Source: an uncultured Gammaproteobacteria bacterium
GTDB lineage: Bacteria; Patescibacteriota; Microgenomatia; Daviesbacterales; UBA10151
DNA length: 59,991 bases
Direction: 5' to 3'
NCBI GenBank assembly: GCA_964551605.1
Contig: CAZKCV010000001.1
Coordinates: 1-59,991, forward strand
Numbering within the stretch: the stretch's first letter is position 1; every line of letters starts with the position of its first letter. Under the pieces are notes generated by a model. It was not told the DNA's origin and ran no database searches. It worked only from the letters and a program-made list of their open reading frames with translations. The position numbers and the translations under genes are program-made. Shown one piece after another: positions 17,516 to 28,753 of this stretch.

Positions 17516-18715
17516 TTAAAAACTGGTTGTCAGCTGGTATATTGGCAGGATGATTGAAATTACCAAAAAGGCTACTCCGATACCTAAAACAATCAGGACA
17601 ATCGGTTCAATAGCCACTGTTAAATTCTTAACCAGGTGGTCTGATTCAGATTCAAAGAATTCCGACAGCTTAATGAATATCTCATCAATCTTACCCGTTT
17701 CTTCGCCCACTCTGATCATCTGGCTGACTATTTTAGGGAAGATGGTACTGGTCAAAAGCGATGAAAAGGGTAAACCTTTTTCTACCCCTTTATAAGCATC
17801 CTTAAGGGCATTTTTGAAAACCGGATTATCAGTCAAATCAGAAACTATCCCGATTGATTCAAGCAATGGAATGCCTGCAGATGACAACAAACCAAAAGTG
17901 CGGTTAAAATTAGTTAAGGTAACATTGGTAACGATTTTTCCCACAATCGGTAGCTTCAGGACTAGTCTGCCGAAGAAAAGATTACCCTGGGGAGTCTTCT
18001 TGTACCTTTGGATGGCAATAAAAATACCCACTGATAAGATAGCTCCCAACCACCAGAAATTAATAAACATATTGGAAGTAAATATCAGTATTTTGGTGGG
18101 GAGCGGAAGTTCCATTGTAGACTGGGTATATAGACTTAAAAGCTTGGGTACGACGTAAACCATCATAATAATCATCACTACCACCATCATGGACAAGACC
18201 ACAATCGGATAAATCATGGCTCCCTTGATCCTGGCCCGGAATTCCCGGTCTTTTTCCAGACCGTCAGCCATTTGAAGCAGCACTGAATCAAGCTTTCCCG
18301 AAGCCTCCCCGGATTTAACCAGATTTACATAAAGATGGGGGAATATGTCCGGATATTTGCCGAGAGCCTGTGCCATAGTTAAACCGCCTTTGATGTTTTG
18401 TGAAATCTCAACCAAAGCTTTTTTCAAAGTCTTATTGGTCTGCTGCTCTTCCAAAATATCAATGGCTTCTGATAAAACCAGGCCGCTTGAGACCATGGTA
18501 GCCAGCTGCCGCGTTAAAATAACCAACTCGGTAAAACTAACCCGGTTAAAAAGTTTGTCCAGGAATTTATTGGCAGGAGCATTTTTAGGGTTTAAGGAAA
18601 CAACAATCAGTCCCTTTTTGCGGATGATTGAAGCAGCAGAGTGGATATCCGGTGCCTGGACACTGCCGACATGATCAATTCCTTGTAAATCTTTGGCTTT
18701 GTAGGTAAATTCCAT
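17516..18715 (-). CDS. pilC: Type IV pilus platform protein PilC (GspF family)
   Basis: FTRQLATM-like, GEASGKLD, AMIYP, ELPLPT, VGEETG. Confidence 0.95.
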   Translation of the reverse strand: MEFTYKAKDLQGIDHVGSVQAPDIHSAASIIRKKGLIVVSLNPKNAPANKFLDKLFNRVSFTELVILTRQLATMVSSGLVLSEAIDILEEQQTNKTLKKALVEISQNIKGGLTMAQALGKYPDIFPHLYVNLVKSGEASGKLDSVLLQMADGLEKDREFRARIKGAMIYPIVVLSMMVVVMIIMMVYVVPKLLSLYTQSTMELPLPTKILIFTSNMFINFWWLGAILSVGIFIAIQRYKKTPQGNLFFGRLVLKLPIVGKIVTNVTLTNFNRTFGLLSSAGIPLLESIGIVSDLTDNPVFKNALKDAYKGVEKGLPFSSLLTSTIFPKIVSQMIRVGEETGKIDEIFIKLSEFFESESDHLVKNLTVAIEPIVLIVLGIGVAFLVISIILPIYQLTTSF

Positions 18716-18758
18716 AAGTAACTTAAGTGACTTAGGTTACTTAAGTAACTTAAGTAAC
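18715..18758. repeat. Degenerate 9-mer tandem repeat (TAAGTAACT)x5 at the pilT/pilC junction
   Basis: taagtaact taagtgact taggttact taagtaact taagtaaca. Confidence 0.7.
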
Positions 18759-19789
18759 AGTTCAGGCCTTAATGCATATCTCATTGCCACTTCCTGAGAA
18801 ATTTTTGCTGACTTTACCAAGCCTACCAGCGAACGCTCCAGCGGCTGCATCCCCAGCTCTGCAGAAGTCTCAATCGTATTATCAATAAGATAAGATTTGC
18901 CTTCCCGGATAATATTCTGGACAGCAGGCGTAGCCAATAAAATTTCCGCTGCCGAAACCCGGCCCGGTTGGATGGTCGGAATTAAGCGGAGTGAGATGAT
19001 TGCTTCCAAAGTGGCTGCTAACTGAAGCTTAATTTGAGGCTGCTGTATTTCCGGAAAAACATCAACAATCCTGTCCACCGATTGAGCTGCTGAATTAGTG
19101 TGCAGTGTGGCAAATACCAAATGTCCTGTTTCCGCAATGGTCATGGCTGAGGCAATAGTTTCCAGATCCCTCATTTCTCCTATCATCACTACATCAGGAT
19201 CCTCCCGCAAACTGGCCCGCAGCGCATTTCCCCAAGACCTGGTGTCGTAAAACATCTCCCGCTGCTCAATCAGGGATTTACCTTTCGGATAAACATACTC
19301 TATCGGATCCTCAATAGTCAGGATATGGGCAGCCCTGGATTCATTAATCGTATTGATAAATGATGCCAAAGTGGTGGATTTACCGTGGCCGGTTGGCCCG
19401 GTCACTAAAACAAAACCCTGCTTTAGTCCTACCAGCCGTTTCACTACCGGCGGCAGACCTAATTCTTCAATGGTTGGTATCTTATAGGGGATAAGCCTCA
19501 ATGCGGCAGCCGGCTGGCCTTTTTGTCTGTACAGGTTTATCCTGAACCTGGCCTTTTTTTCGAATTCAAATGAAAAATCTAACTCTAAAGTTTCCTTAAA
19601 AATATTAACCTGCATTTCGTTAAGCAAAGGTTTAATCAGGCTGTCAATTTGTTCCGGGGAAGTAGGGGGCTCGCCCGGTACCGGAATCAGTTCTCCATGA
19701 ATCCTTAAGGTGGGGGGGAAACCCACCGACAGGTGTAAATCCGAAGCATTTCTTTGAATGGTCAAATCTAATAGCTGCTGTATATTCAT
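18737..19789 (-). CDS. pilT: Pilus retraction ATPase PilT
   Basis: ASDLHL, GPTGHGKSTT, TIEDPIEY, LREDPDV..IGEMRD, TLHTNSA. Confidence 0.95.
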   Translation of the reverse strand: MNIQQLLDLTIQRNASDLHLSVGFPPTLRIHGELIPVPGEPPTSPEQIDSLIKPLLNEMQVNIFKETLELDFSFEFEKKARFRINLYRQKGQPAAALRLIPYKIPTIEELGLPPVVKRLVGLKQGFVLVTGPTGHGKSTTLASFINTINESRAAHILTIEDPIEYVYPKGKSLIEQREMFYDTRSWGNALRASLREDPDVVMIGEMRDLETIASAMTIAETGHLVFATLHTNSAAQSVDRIVDVFPEIQQPQIKLQLAATLEAIISLRLIPTIQPGRVSAAEILLATPAVQNIIREGKSYLIDNTIETSAELGMQPLERSLVGLVKSAKISQEVAMRYALRPELLLKLLK

Positions 19790-19792
19790 AAC

Positions 19793-21505
19793 CTAGTCCT
19801 GGGCTACCCTTAGTACCTCCTCCATGGTAGTGACCCCTTCCAAAATCTTTAAGTACCCGTCCTGCTTCATGGTAACCATGCCGGCTGCCACTGCCGCTTG
19901 TTCAATCGTGCCTGATGAGGCATGCTCTAAAATCAATTTGGATATTTCTTCAGAAATTGAAAGTACTTCATAAATTCCCACCCGACCCAAGTAACCGGTA
20001 TTGCCGCAAAAAGAGCAACCCTTTCCTTTGTAAAGCTTCAAGCTGTTACCGGCAGAATTGGGCAGGATTTTACCCAAGACAGCCTTGATGTTTTCAATAA
20101 TTTCAGGCGGGGCGCTAAATTCCACCCGGCAATGCGGGCAAATTTTTCTGACCACTCTTTGCCCGATTACGGCATTTAAGGCGGAAATAAGCAAAAACGG
20201 TTCCACTCCCATATCCAGGAGCCTGGGCGGAGCTCCCGCACTGGAATTAGTATGGATGGTAGAGAAAACCTGGTGGCCGGTCAAGGCAGCCTGAATGGCC
20301 AAATCCGCGGTTTCAGTATCCCTGATTTCACCTACCATGATAATATTCGGATCCTGCCGGAGAAAGCTTCTGAGAGCTGAGGCAAAAGTTAAACCTACCT
20401 GGGGGTTCACTTGAACCTGGTTTACGCCGGCAATCTGGTATTCCACCGGATCCTCAATTGTGACTATATTAACCTTGGTGGTAGAAACCTTGGTTAGGAT
20501 AGAATAAAGGGTCGTGGTTTTTCCGCTGCCGGTCGGGCCGCAGATTAAGATTATTCCGTGAGGGCGCAGAAGTTGGGTTTCCAGGTTCTTTAGGGAATTA
20601 CCCCGCAAACCCAGTTCCAATAAGGTTGGCGCGCCTGATGATTTAGGCAGCAACCTCATCACCACCTTTTCCCCGAATACGGTCGGGACAGTGGAAATAC
20701 GCAGGTCCACGGTGTTTGGCCCAAAGGAAAAAGTAAACCTGCCGTCCTGGGGCAGCCTTTTTTCATCAATCTTCAAAACTGAAAGGATCTTAATCCGGGA
20801 AACCAGGGCATCATGCACGCCTTTGGGCAGTAAAATCTTCTCCTGCAAAATACCGTCAATCCGGTAACGAACCCGGGTCCGCTCTTCCTGAGGTTCAATG
20901 TGGACATCTGAGGCCCGGCTTTTGATGGCATATTCCAAAAGCTGGTTGATGATATTGGAAACCGGTGCTTCGCGTAAAATTTCCGGGCCGCCTTCACTGG
21001 TTTCTTCCTCAGGCTTAACAGATGCTACCTCTTTTAAGGCTGATGTTACCTCGGTAGTCAGGTTTTGCGAGTACTGATCAGAAATAGTCTTGATAATATC
21101 TTCCGGTAAGGCTAAGAAGGGTTTAACCCGAAATCCCGACCGCTTTTCGACAAATTCGGTAATTTGAATATCCAGAGGATCTGCCATGGCCACATACAAC
21201 TCATCTTCTTTTTTGTCAAAGGGAATGATGGTATAACGGCGGGCAGCAGCTTCCGGGACTAAGTTTAAGATATCTGCAGCAATGGCCTTGCCTTCCAGTT
21301 TAATATAAGGAACACTTAAAATCTGGGCTTTAGCCTGGATAATTTTATCAGCCGGTATCTGGTACTGCATCAGGATCTTTTCAAGCGGTTGGCCGGTGTT
21401 AATGCTTTCTAATCTGATGGCGGAAAGTTGATCTGAATTGATTAACCCCTCCCGAAACAGGATTTCTTCCAGGGAGTTCGGCGGGCTTTGGGCAGTATTT
21501 GGCAT
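19793..21505 (-). CDS. pilB: Pilus assembly ATPase PilB (GspE family)
   Basis: ASDVHIEP, PQDGR, GPTGSGKTTT, LRQDPNIIMVGEIRD, CPHC..CSFC zinc motif. Start taken at MPNTAQ (21505). Confidence 0.95.
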   Translation of the reverse strand: MPNTAQSPPNSLEEILFREGLINSDQLSAIRLESINTGQPLEKILMQYQIPADKIIQAKAQILSVPYIKLEGKAIAADILNLVPEAAARRYTIIPFDKKEDELYVAMADPLDIQITEFVEKRSGFRVKPFLALPEDIIKTISDQYSQNLTTEVTSALKEVASVKPEEETSEGGPEILREAPVSNIINQLLEYAIKSRASDVHIEPQEERTRVRYRIDGILQEKILLPKGVHDALVSRIKILSVLKIDEKRLPQDGRFTFSFGPNTVDLRISTVPTVFGEKVVMRLLPKSSGAPTLLELGLRGNSLKNLETQLLRPHGIILICGPTGSGKTTTLYSILTKVSTTKVNIVTIEDPVEYQIAGVNQVQVNPQVGLTFASALRSFLRQDPNIIMVGEIRDTETADLAIQAALTGHQVFSTIHTNSSAGAPPRLLDMGVEPFLLISALNAVIGQRVVRKICPHCRVEFSAPPEIIENIKAVLGKILPNSAGNSLKLYKGKGCSFCGNTGYLGRVGIYEVLSISEEISKLILEHASSGTIEQAAVAAGMVTMKQDGYLKILEGVTTMEEVLRVAQD

Positions 21506-21511
21506 ATATCC

Positions 21512-21588
21512 ATTATAATTAGAGCGAAGCGAAAATTTCAAGCTTTGCTTAAGAGCGATTAGCTCGCAAGCTTTGCTTATGTTAAAAT
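21512..21588. promoter_or_regulatory. Divergent pilB/holB promoter region with repeated AAGCTTTGCTT
   Basis: TATAAT (minus, 21512-17) and TAAAAT (plus, 21583-88), each 6 nt from its start codon; two AAGCTTTGCTT copies flank GAGCGATTAGCTC. Confidence 0.55.
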
Positions 21589-21594
21589 CTCCCT

Positions 21595-22251
21595 GTGATT
21601 GCAAGGCTTTTAATTTCTAGCTCCAAAGACAGGCTGAAAGAGGAAATAACAGAAATTTTACGCCTCAACCTCTCAGGTTACCGCACAAATCATCTTGATT
21701 TGTTGTATATCCAGGCTGGAGAAAAACTGGGGATTGCGGAAGCCAGGAGGATTAAAAATCATTTTTCCCTTAAGCCATATTCTGCAAAAGGCAAAGCGGT
21801 AGTTTTAGAAGATGCCTCGGTCATGACGGTTGAGGCCCAAAATGCCTTATTAAAGACCCTGGAAGAATTACCGGCAGAAGCCTTGTTGATTTTAGGAACC
21901 AGCTCAGAGGCCAATTTTCTGCCGACTGTCCTCTCCCGCTGCCAAATTATCCACCTTCAAGATACTAACCCCGCGGGTGATACGCACCCAACCCCGGGGG
22001 TTGGAAAGGAAGATATTGAGAAATTGATCAGTTCTTCCGTAGAAGAGCGTTTTGCATTTATTGAAAAGCTTAAAAATAAGGAAGAATTTCTAAAAGTATT
22101 AATTCGGTATTTTAATCAGGATGTAGCCAAAAACAAGAACCTCTTAATGAAGCTTTTACAGGCAGAAGAGTGGGCAAAACAGAATGTCAACATCCGGGCA
22201 ATTTTGGAATATTTAATGCTGGAAATGCCATCGGACCGAAGCACAAAATAA
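21595..22251 (+). CDS. holB: DNA polymerase III delta-prime-like protein (truncated, no Walker A)
   Basis: LGIAEARRI, KAVVLEDA..MT.EAQNALLKTLEE, LPTVLSRCQII. Confidence 0.8.
   Translation: MIARLLISSSKDRLKEEITEILRLNLSGYRTNHLDLLYIQAGEKLGIAEARRIKNHFSLKPYSAKGKAVVLEDASVMTVEAQNALLKTLEELPAEALLILGTSSEANFLPTVLSRCQIIHLQDTNPAGDTHPTPGVGKEDIEKLISSSVEERFAFIEKLKNKEEFLKVLIRYFNQDVAKNKNLLMKLLQAEEWAKQNVNIRAILEYLMLEMPSDRSTK
21666..21690. repeat. In-frame palindrome, family 3 (CAACCTnnnAGGTT + tail)
   Basis: caacctctcaggttaccgcacaaat. Confidence 0.65.
21968..22006. repeat. In-frame palindromes in holB (CCCAACCCCGGGGGTTGG)
   Basis: Encodes NPAGDTHPTPGVG; matches recG 1772-1791 and resembles the family 1 hairpin. 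Confidence 0.7.
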
Positions 22252-22380
22252 TTACAATAATCATATAATTATTTTGTGCGAGGGAGATCGCTTGCAAAAA
22301 TTATCTAAATGATAATTTTTGACAAGGGTAAACCCTGGACCTGCAAATGTCAGTATGCTAAAATACACTTAACCTCATAG

Positions 22381-24338
<1,958 letters not shown>

Positions 24339-24339
<1 letters not shown>

Positions 24340-24623
24340 TGGATAAAAAATTAGCCACCCACCATAGAAAAATAATTTTAATAACATTTTCTACATTTTT
24401 CGTTTTCGCATCGTTTATAATTGGGGTTTTCTTTATTATTCTTCTATCAATTTTTAGCCATGATTATGAAGAATCAAAATGCTTTGAGGCAATCAATAAG
24501 TGGTATATGGAAAGATATGGCAGTATTGCTGATGTTGAGGGAAAAAGATGGCAACAACATTTAGAGTGCGAAAAGAATATGGGTTTTTTCCCATGGGGCA
24601 AAGAAGCCCGCTTCTCTAAATAA
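24339..24623 (+). CDS. Hypothetical single-TM membrane protein
   Basis: Hydrophobic N-terminal segment, two Cys, translationally coupled to gyrB. Confidence 0.55.
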
Positions 24624-24639
24624 TAAAACTAATCTAAGC

Positions 24640-24812
24640 CTCATTTTTCGCATTTCAAAGCTATAAATCATATAATGTAGCTTAGTTATGGCTACAAAGG
24701 TAGTAAGAAAATATTTTCCACCTGGAGGGTGGACTAGCTTGGCACCTCTTCTTTTCTCGCATTAACAGATTAAAAATCATATAATGTAGCTTAAACTATG
24801 GCTACAAAAGTA
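24640..24812 (+). repeat. Tandem duplication of the murC promoter/5' end, split by a family-2 REP
   Basis: AAATCATATAATGTAGCTTA..ATGGCTACAAA.GTA occurs at 24665 and 24774; REP at 24716-24747 lies between them. Confidence 0.85.
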
Positions 24813-26186
24813 CATTTTTTGGGAATAGGGGGGAGTGGGGCATCAGGGGCGGCGGCTATTGCAGAGGCCCAGGGTTTTGAAGTCACCGGCTGCGACCTGC
24901 AACCCCACAATGAATTTACCACCCAATTCAAAAACTCCCAGCTTTTTCAAGGACATGATCCAAAACATTTAGCTTGCAACCTGAAAGGTTATCGCACGAA
25001 TATTTTGGCAGTCACTCCGGCTATTTTTTCTTTGGATCCGGATAATCCAGAGCTAGTAGCAGCCAAAGAAAAAAATATTCCCATAATAACCTGGCAACAG
25101 TTTCTTGGGGAGTATTTAACCAGGGACAAATTCGTGATTGCAGTTTGCGGTACACATGGCAAAACCACTACCACTGCCATGATTGCCAAACTTTTGGAAG
25201 ATGCCGGTCTGGATCCCACAGTTTTACTTGGAGCCATCATCCCCAAATGGGGCACCAACTACCGTATCCATCGACAAAAAGTCCACGACCGTGAATATTT
25301 TGTCATTGAAGCAGATGAATTTAATGATAATTTTTTGCCTACAAAACCGGATATCGCTGTAGTCACTAATATTGAAATGGACCATCCGGAATATTTTAAG
25401 GATTTTGAGACAGTCAAAGAAAGCTTCAGAAAATTTTTACTCCAAGCCAAACAGGCTGTAGTAGCCAATCTGACTGACCCTGGTGCAGCTGAAGTTGTCA
25501 AAGTAGTCATGAAAACACCAATTAAACAAAAATCTGACGATCGTCAATATTTTGTCAAATACCTGGACTACTCTAGAAATGAATTAAGTGTAAGTTTACG
25601 AATTCCGGGGGAATTTAACCGGTTAAATGCCAAAGCTGCCATGCAGGTGGGACTTTTACTGGGAATGGAACCGGAAACCATCAGAAACAGTCTGGCAGGT
25701 TTTACCGGAGCCGGCAGAAGGTTTGAATATATCGGAGAATATCAGGGAGCTAAGGTCTATTCAGATTTTGGCCACCATCCGACGGAAATTGCCAAAACTA
25801 TGGAAGCGGTCCGGGAAGAATTTCCCAACCAGCGAATTTTACTGATTTACCAACCGCACATGTTCTCCCGCACTAAAGCACTTTTTGATGACTTTGTGAA
25901 GGTATTCCGGGAGATCCCGGCCGATAAAACCCTTATCATGGACATCTACCCTTCCAGAGAGATTGATACCGGACTAGTCACCAGCCGGCAATTGGTCCAA
26001 GCAGTCCAAAACCAAGTGGAACCAAAATTACGCAATGGCGGAAAAATGGTACCGGATATCATGTACACAGGAAGTAATGAACAAACCCTAAACAATCTGA
26101 AACCAGAGATAAAAACAGGTGATATTATCTTTTTCATGAGCGCCGGGGATACGGACAAATTAGCAAAAGAGCTAGTCGGCTCCTAA
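24798..26186 (+). CDS. murC: UDP-N-acetylmuramate--L-alanine ligase
   Basis: GIGGSG, GTHGKTTTT, VIEADE, VTNIEMDH, GAGRRFE, DFGHHPTE, YQPH.FSRT. Confidence 0.93.
   Translation: MATKVHFLGIGGSGASGAAAIAEAQGFEVTGCDLQPHNEFTTQFKNSQLFQGHDPKHLACNLKGYRTNILAVTPAIFSLDPDNPELVAAKEKNIPIITWQQFLGEYLTRDKFVIAVCGTHGKTTTTAMIAKLLEDAGLDPTVLLGAIIPKWGTNYRIHRQKVHDREYFVIEADEFNDNFLPTKPDIAVVTNIEMDHPEYFKDFETVKESFRKFLLQAKQAVVANLTDPGAAEVVKVVMKTPIKQKSDDRQYFVKYLDYSRNELSVSLRIPGEFNRLNAKAAMQVGLLLGMEPETIRNSLAGFTGAGRRFEYIGEYQGAKVYSDFGHHPTEIAKTMEAVREEFPNQRILLIYQPHMFSRTKALFDDFVKVFREIPADKTLIMDIYPSREIDTGLVTSRQLVQAVQNQVEPKLRNGGKMVPDIMYTGSNEQTLNNLKPEIKTGDIIFFMSAGDTDKLAKELVGS
24976..25001. repeat. In-frame palindrome, family 3, in murC
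   Basis: gcaacctgaaaggttatcgcacgaat. Confidence 0.7.
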
Positions 26187-28676
26187 TTTTTTAACCCAAT
26201 CTTTAAATTGATTCCCCCTGTCTTCGTAATCCTCAAATATATTAAAACTGGATGAGGCAGGGGAGAGAAGAACAATTTTTCCCGACTTAGTTTGCGCAAA
26301 AGCAATCTCTACAGCTTTTTTCATATCCAAAATATCAAACCTTTGCGGCAGTTTCTTACTATATTTCTTTAGAGCTTCCCAAATTTTTACTCCGGTATCG
26401 GGAAAGAGTATCAATGTTTTGACATTTGACCTTGCAATTGCCTCACCTAAAACAGAATAATCCAGACCCCTATCATACCCACCGGCAATTAAAGTTTCGA
26501 CATTTTCTCCTAAAGCAGATAACGCTTGTATCGTAGCCTGGGGAATAGTAGATAGTGAATCATTATAGAACCGGATTCTCCGGGCTTCCGTTATAAATTC
26601 AAGCCGATAAGGTAAAGGCTTAAAATTGATAATCGCTGCCTCAATTTTATTATCCTTAACATTAAATAATCTACCAATAATTATGGCCGGAACAATATTT
26701 AACAGATTAAACTCCCCCAAAAGAGGAACTGTGTCTTTATGTATTAAATCCAAGACCATTTGCCGGTCTTTTTTGGAAAAGGGAATCTTTTTGGCTTGAG
26801 TTTTTTGGGCGATGTATTTTAGTTCCGGAATATCCTGGTTGTAGATTAAATAATCATGTTTCTTTTGAAACATAGTGATATTACTCTTTGCCTTCTGATA
26901 TAAAGAAAAATCTTTGTGGTGATCTAAATGCTCCGGATAAATATTGGTTATCACTGCCAATTGTGGACTTTTCTCTAAATCTTCCAGCTGAAAAGATGAC
27001 AACTCATAAACCACAATTGAGTTTTCATTCAACTGATCCAATAAATCCAAAGCAGGCTTACCAATATTGCCTACCAAATGTGCATCCATTCCGCCCTTTT
27101 TCAACACTTCATATATTAAAGAGGCGCTGGTACTTTTACCTTTAGTTCCTGTTACCCCGATAATTTTCCCTTTGAAATTTTCAAAGAAAATTTGGGTAGC
27201 TGAAGTAATCGTTTTACCTTGTTTTTGAGCTGCCTTAATTTCCGGAAGATAGGGAATACCCGGAGATTTGATAATCACATCATAATCCTTCAATCTCTCT
27301 AAATAATTTTCTCCATCGTTTTGATCTGTAATACCTATTTCCGTATTTGGATAGTGTTTTTTATAGTAATCCAAGGTGGCTTTCCCTTCTCTGCCAAATC
27401 CTAAAATCAAAGTTTTCTGATTATTGAAACTTTGTAAAACCCCAGGAATTTTCTGACCATCCTTTTTTACCCTTTCAATACTTAAAGAAATTGCAGTTTT
27501 TATTTCATCAACAGTTGCCACGCACTCAAAAGGTTTTACCTGATCATTTTCGCGAAGCAAACTTCGAACTAAAGACACTAAACTTTCATCATCTAATAAA
27601 TTCCTGCCGAATATTTTTTCAGTCTTATTTCCTAAAAAAGGGTAGAGAAGAAGATAGGTGGATACACATTTTGGACACTTACCGCACCATATCCCTTTTT
27701 TTGAGCCTCGGTTGCAACTTCTGAAAAGCTTATGGTATTTTTCCAATTTGGAAAAGGTTTCCGCCACCCGCAGTTCTCCCCAAGACCTTAAAAAACTAAA
27801 GTAATTAACAGCGCCAGATAAATATTTCTTCTCATACTCCCTGAAGTCCTGTTCAAATTCTTTAGTTTTGGAGTATTGGTGGTTAATTTCCTGTCCCAAC
27901 CACTTAACATTGCCTTCATCAGAACTGGTCTCGTTAGAAATCACCAGATTTTTATAATCATACAAAACCCCGACCAAAGTAGACAAAAAAGCCAGGTAGG
28001 CTGAAAAAGGCGTATGACCGTTTAAATAGCCGCTTTTATTCAACTCAATCAGCTTAGGATCAATAGTTCTTTTGACAATAATCGGATTTTGGCAACCACC
28101 GACCTGTGCAACTTCTATTGCTGCCTGATTAGGATTTAGAAGCAAACAACTAAACTCTTTTCCTTTTTTACTGATTGATTCCAATGTCACGGCAGAATCC
28201 TTACCGCCGCCCACTAAGACCAAATCCCGATCTTTTAATTGCCCATCATAACCGGCAAACTCAGCCTGCAACCTTTCAGGTTGACGTACGAATTCAACCA
28301 GATCCTCTTGGGTGAAAACAATTTTATTTGTATAAAAGAATTCACCTAGACCTTTTATTAAAAGTTTTTTCCAAAACTCGATTTGTTCGCCATTTAAATA
28401 CCCGGCTTTAATAACAATTTGCGGGGAACAAGCTGCTTTCCAGTAACTTAATAAGTCTACCATTCCTAAGTTAAATACTAAATTCTGCAATACTTCCGGA
28501 CCAATCTCATCCAGTCTCGCCTTTGAAACATTCGGCGCAGTAACTTCCGGGTTAAATTTAATATCAGGCTCAAGAAGAAAATCAAAAACTATTTTTAAAT
28601 TTCCTTGCTCAAACTTTGTTTCGTATCCCTTATAGATAAACCGACCATGCTTTTTTCTGAGGTCATTAAACTTCAT
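26172..28676 (-). CDS. Fusion of MurL-like peptidoglycan glutamate epimerase (N-terminal) and MurD ligase (C-terminal)
   Basis: N-terminal: LVGGGKDSAV, NGHTPFSA, SNE, NHQYSK, FRSCN..WCGKCPKC, KPFECV. C-terminal: LILGFGREG, KSPGIP, GTKGKSTS, YELSSFQLE, EHLDHH, FYNDSLST, SPASSSF. Confidence 0.85.
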   Translation of the reverse strand: MKFNDLRKKHGRFIYKGYETKFEQGNLKIVFDFLLEPDIKFNPEVTAPNVSKARLDEIGPEVLQNLVFNLGMVDLLSYWKAACSPQIVIKAGYLNGEQIEFWKKLLIKGLGEFFYTNKIVFTQEDLVEFVRQPERLQAEFAGYDGQLKDRDLVLVGGGKDSAVTLESISKKGKEFSCLLLNPNQAAIEVAQVGGCQNPIIVKRTIDPKLIELNKSGYLNGHTPFSAYLAFLSTLVGVLYDYKNLVISNETSSDEGNVKWLGQEINHQYSKTKEFEQDFREYEKKYLSGAVNYFSFLRSWGELRVAETFSKLEKYHKLFRSCNRGSKKGIWCGKCPKCVSTYLLLYPFLGNKTEKIFGRNLLDDESLVSLVRSLLRENDQVKPFECVATVDEIKTAISLSIERVKKDGQKIPGVLQSFNNQKTLILGFGREGKATLDYYKKHYPNTEIGITDQNDGENYLERLKDYDVIIKSPGIPYLPEIKAAQKQGKTITSATQIFFENFKGKIIGVTGTKGKSTSASLIYEVLKKGGMDAHLVGNIGKPALDLLDQLNENSIVVYELSSFQLEDLEKSPQLAVITNIYPEHLDHHKDFSLYQKAKSNITMFQKKHDYLIYNQDIPELKYIAQKTQAKKIPFSKKDRQMVLDLIHKDTVPLLGEFNLLNIVPAIIIGRLFNVKDNKIEAAIINFKPLPYRLEFITEARRIRFYNDSLSTIPQATIQALSALGENVETLIAGGYDRGLDYSVLGEAIARSNVKTLILFPDTGVKIWEALKKYSKKLPQRFDILDMKKAVEIAFAQTKSGKIVLLSPASSSFNIFEDYEDRGNQFKDWVKKLGAD
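28267..28293. repeat. In-frame palindrome, family 3, in murL-murD
   Basis: tgcaacctttcaggttgacgtacgaat. Confidence 0.7.
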
Positions 28677-28683
28677 TTGTGTT

Positions 28684-28744
28684 CTAAATTATACCCTCTC
28701 AAAGGCCCAGATGCTATTTAGGCCTCTTTTAAGGTATAATTTAG
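28684..28744. promoter_or_regulatory. Symmetric bidirectional promoter
   Basis: Perfect 12-bp inverted repeat CTAAATTATACC / GGTATAATTTAG; each arm supplies a TATAAT to one divergent operon. Confidence 0.7.
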
Positions 28745-28753
28745 CCTCATAAT

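Noticed and set aside
19793-21604. PilB N-terminal extension in the ORF track
   Set aside because: It overlaps holB and the divergent promoter/repeat region; start 21505 has its own -10 box
25535-25546. Perfect palindrome TGACGATCGTCA in murC
   Set aside because: Single short occurrence with no second copy seen; could be chance
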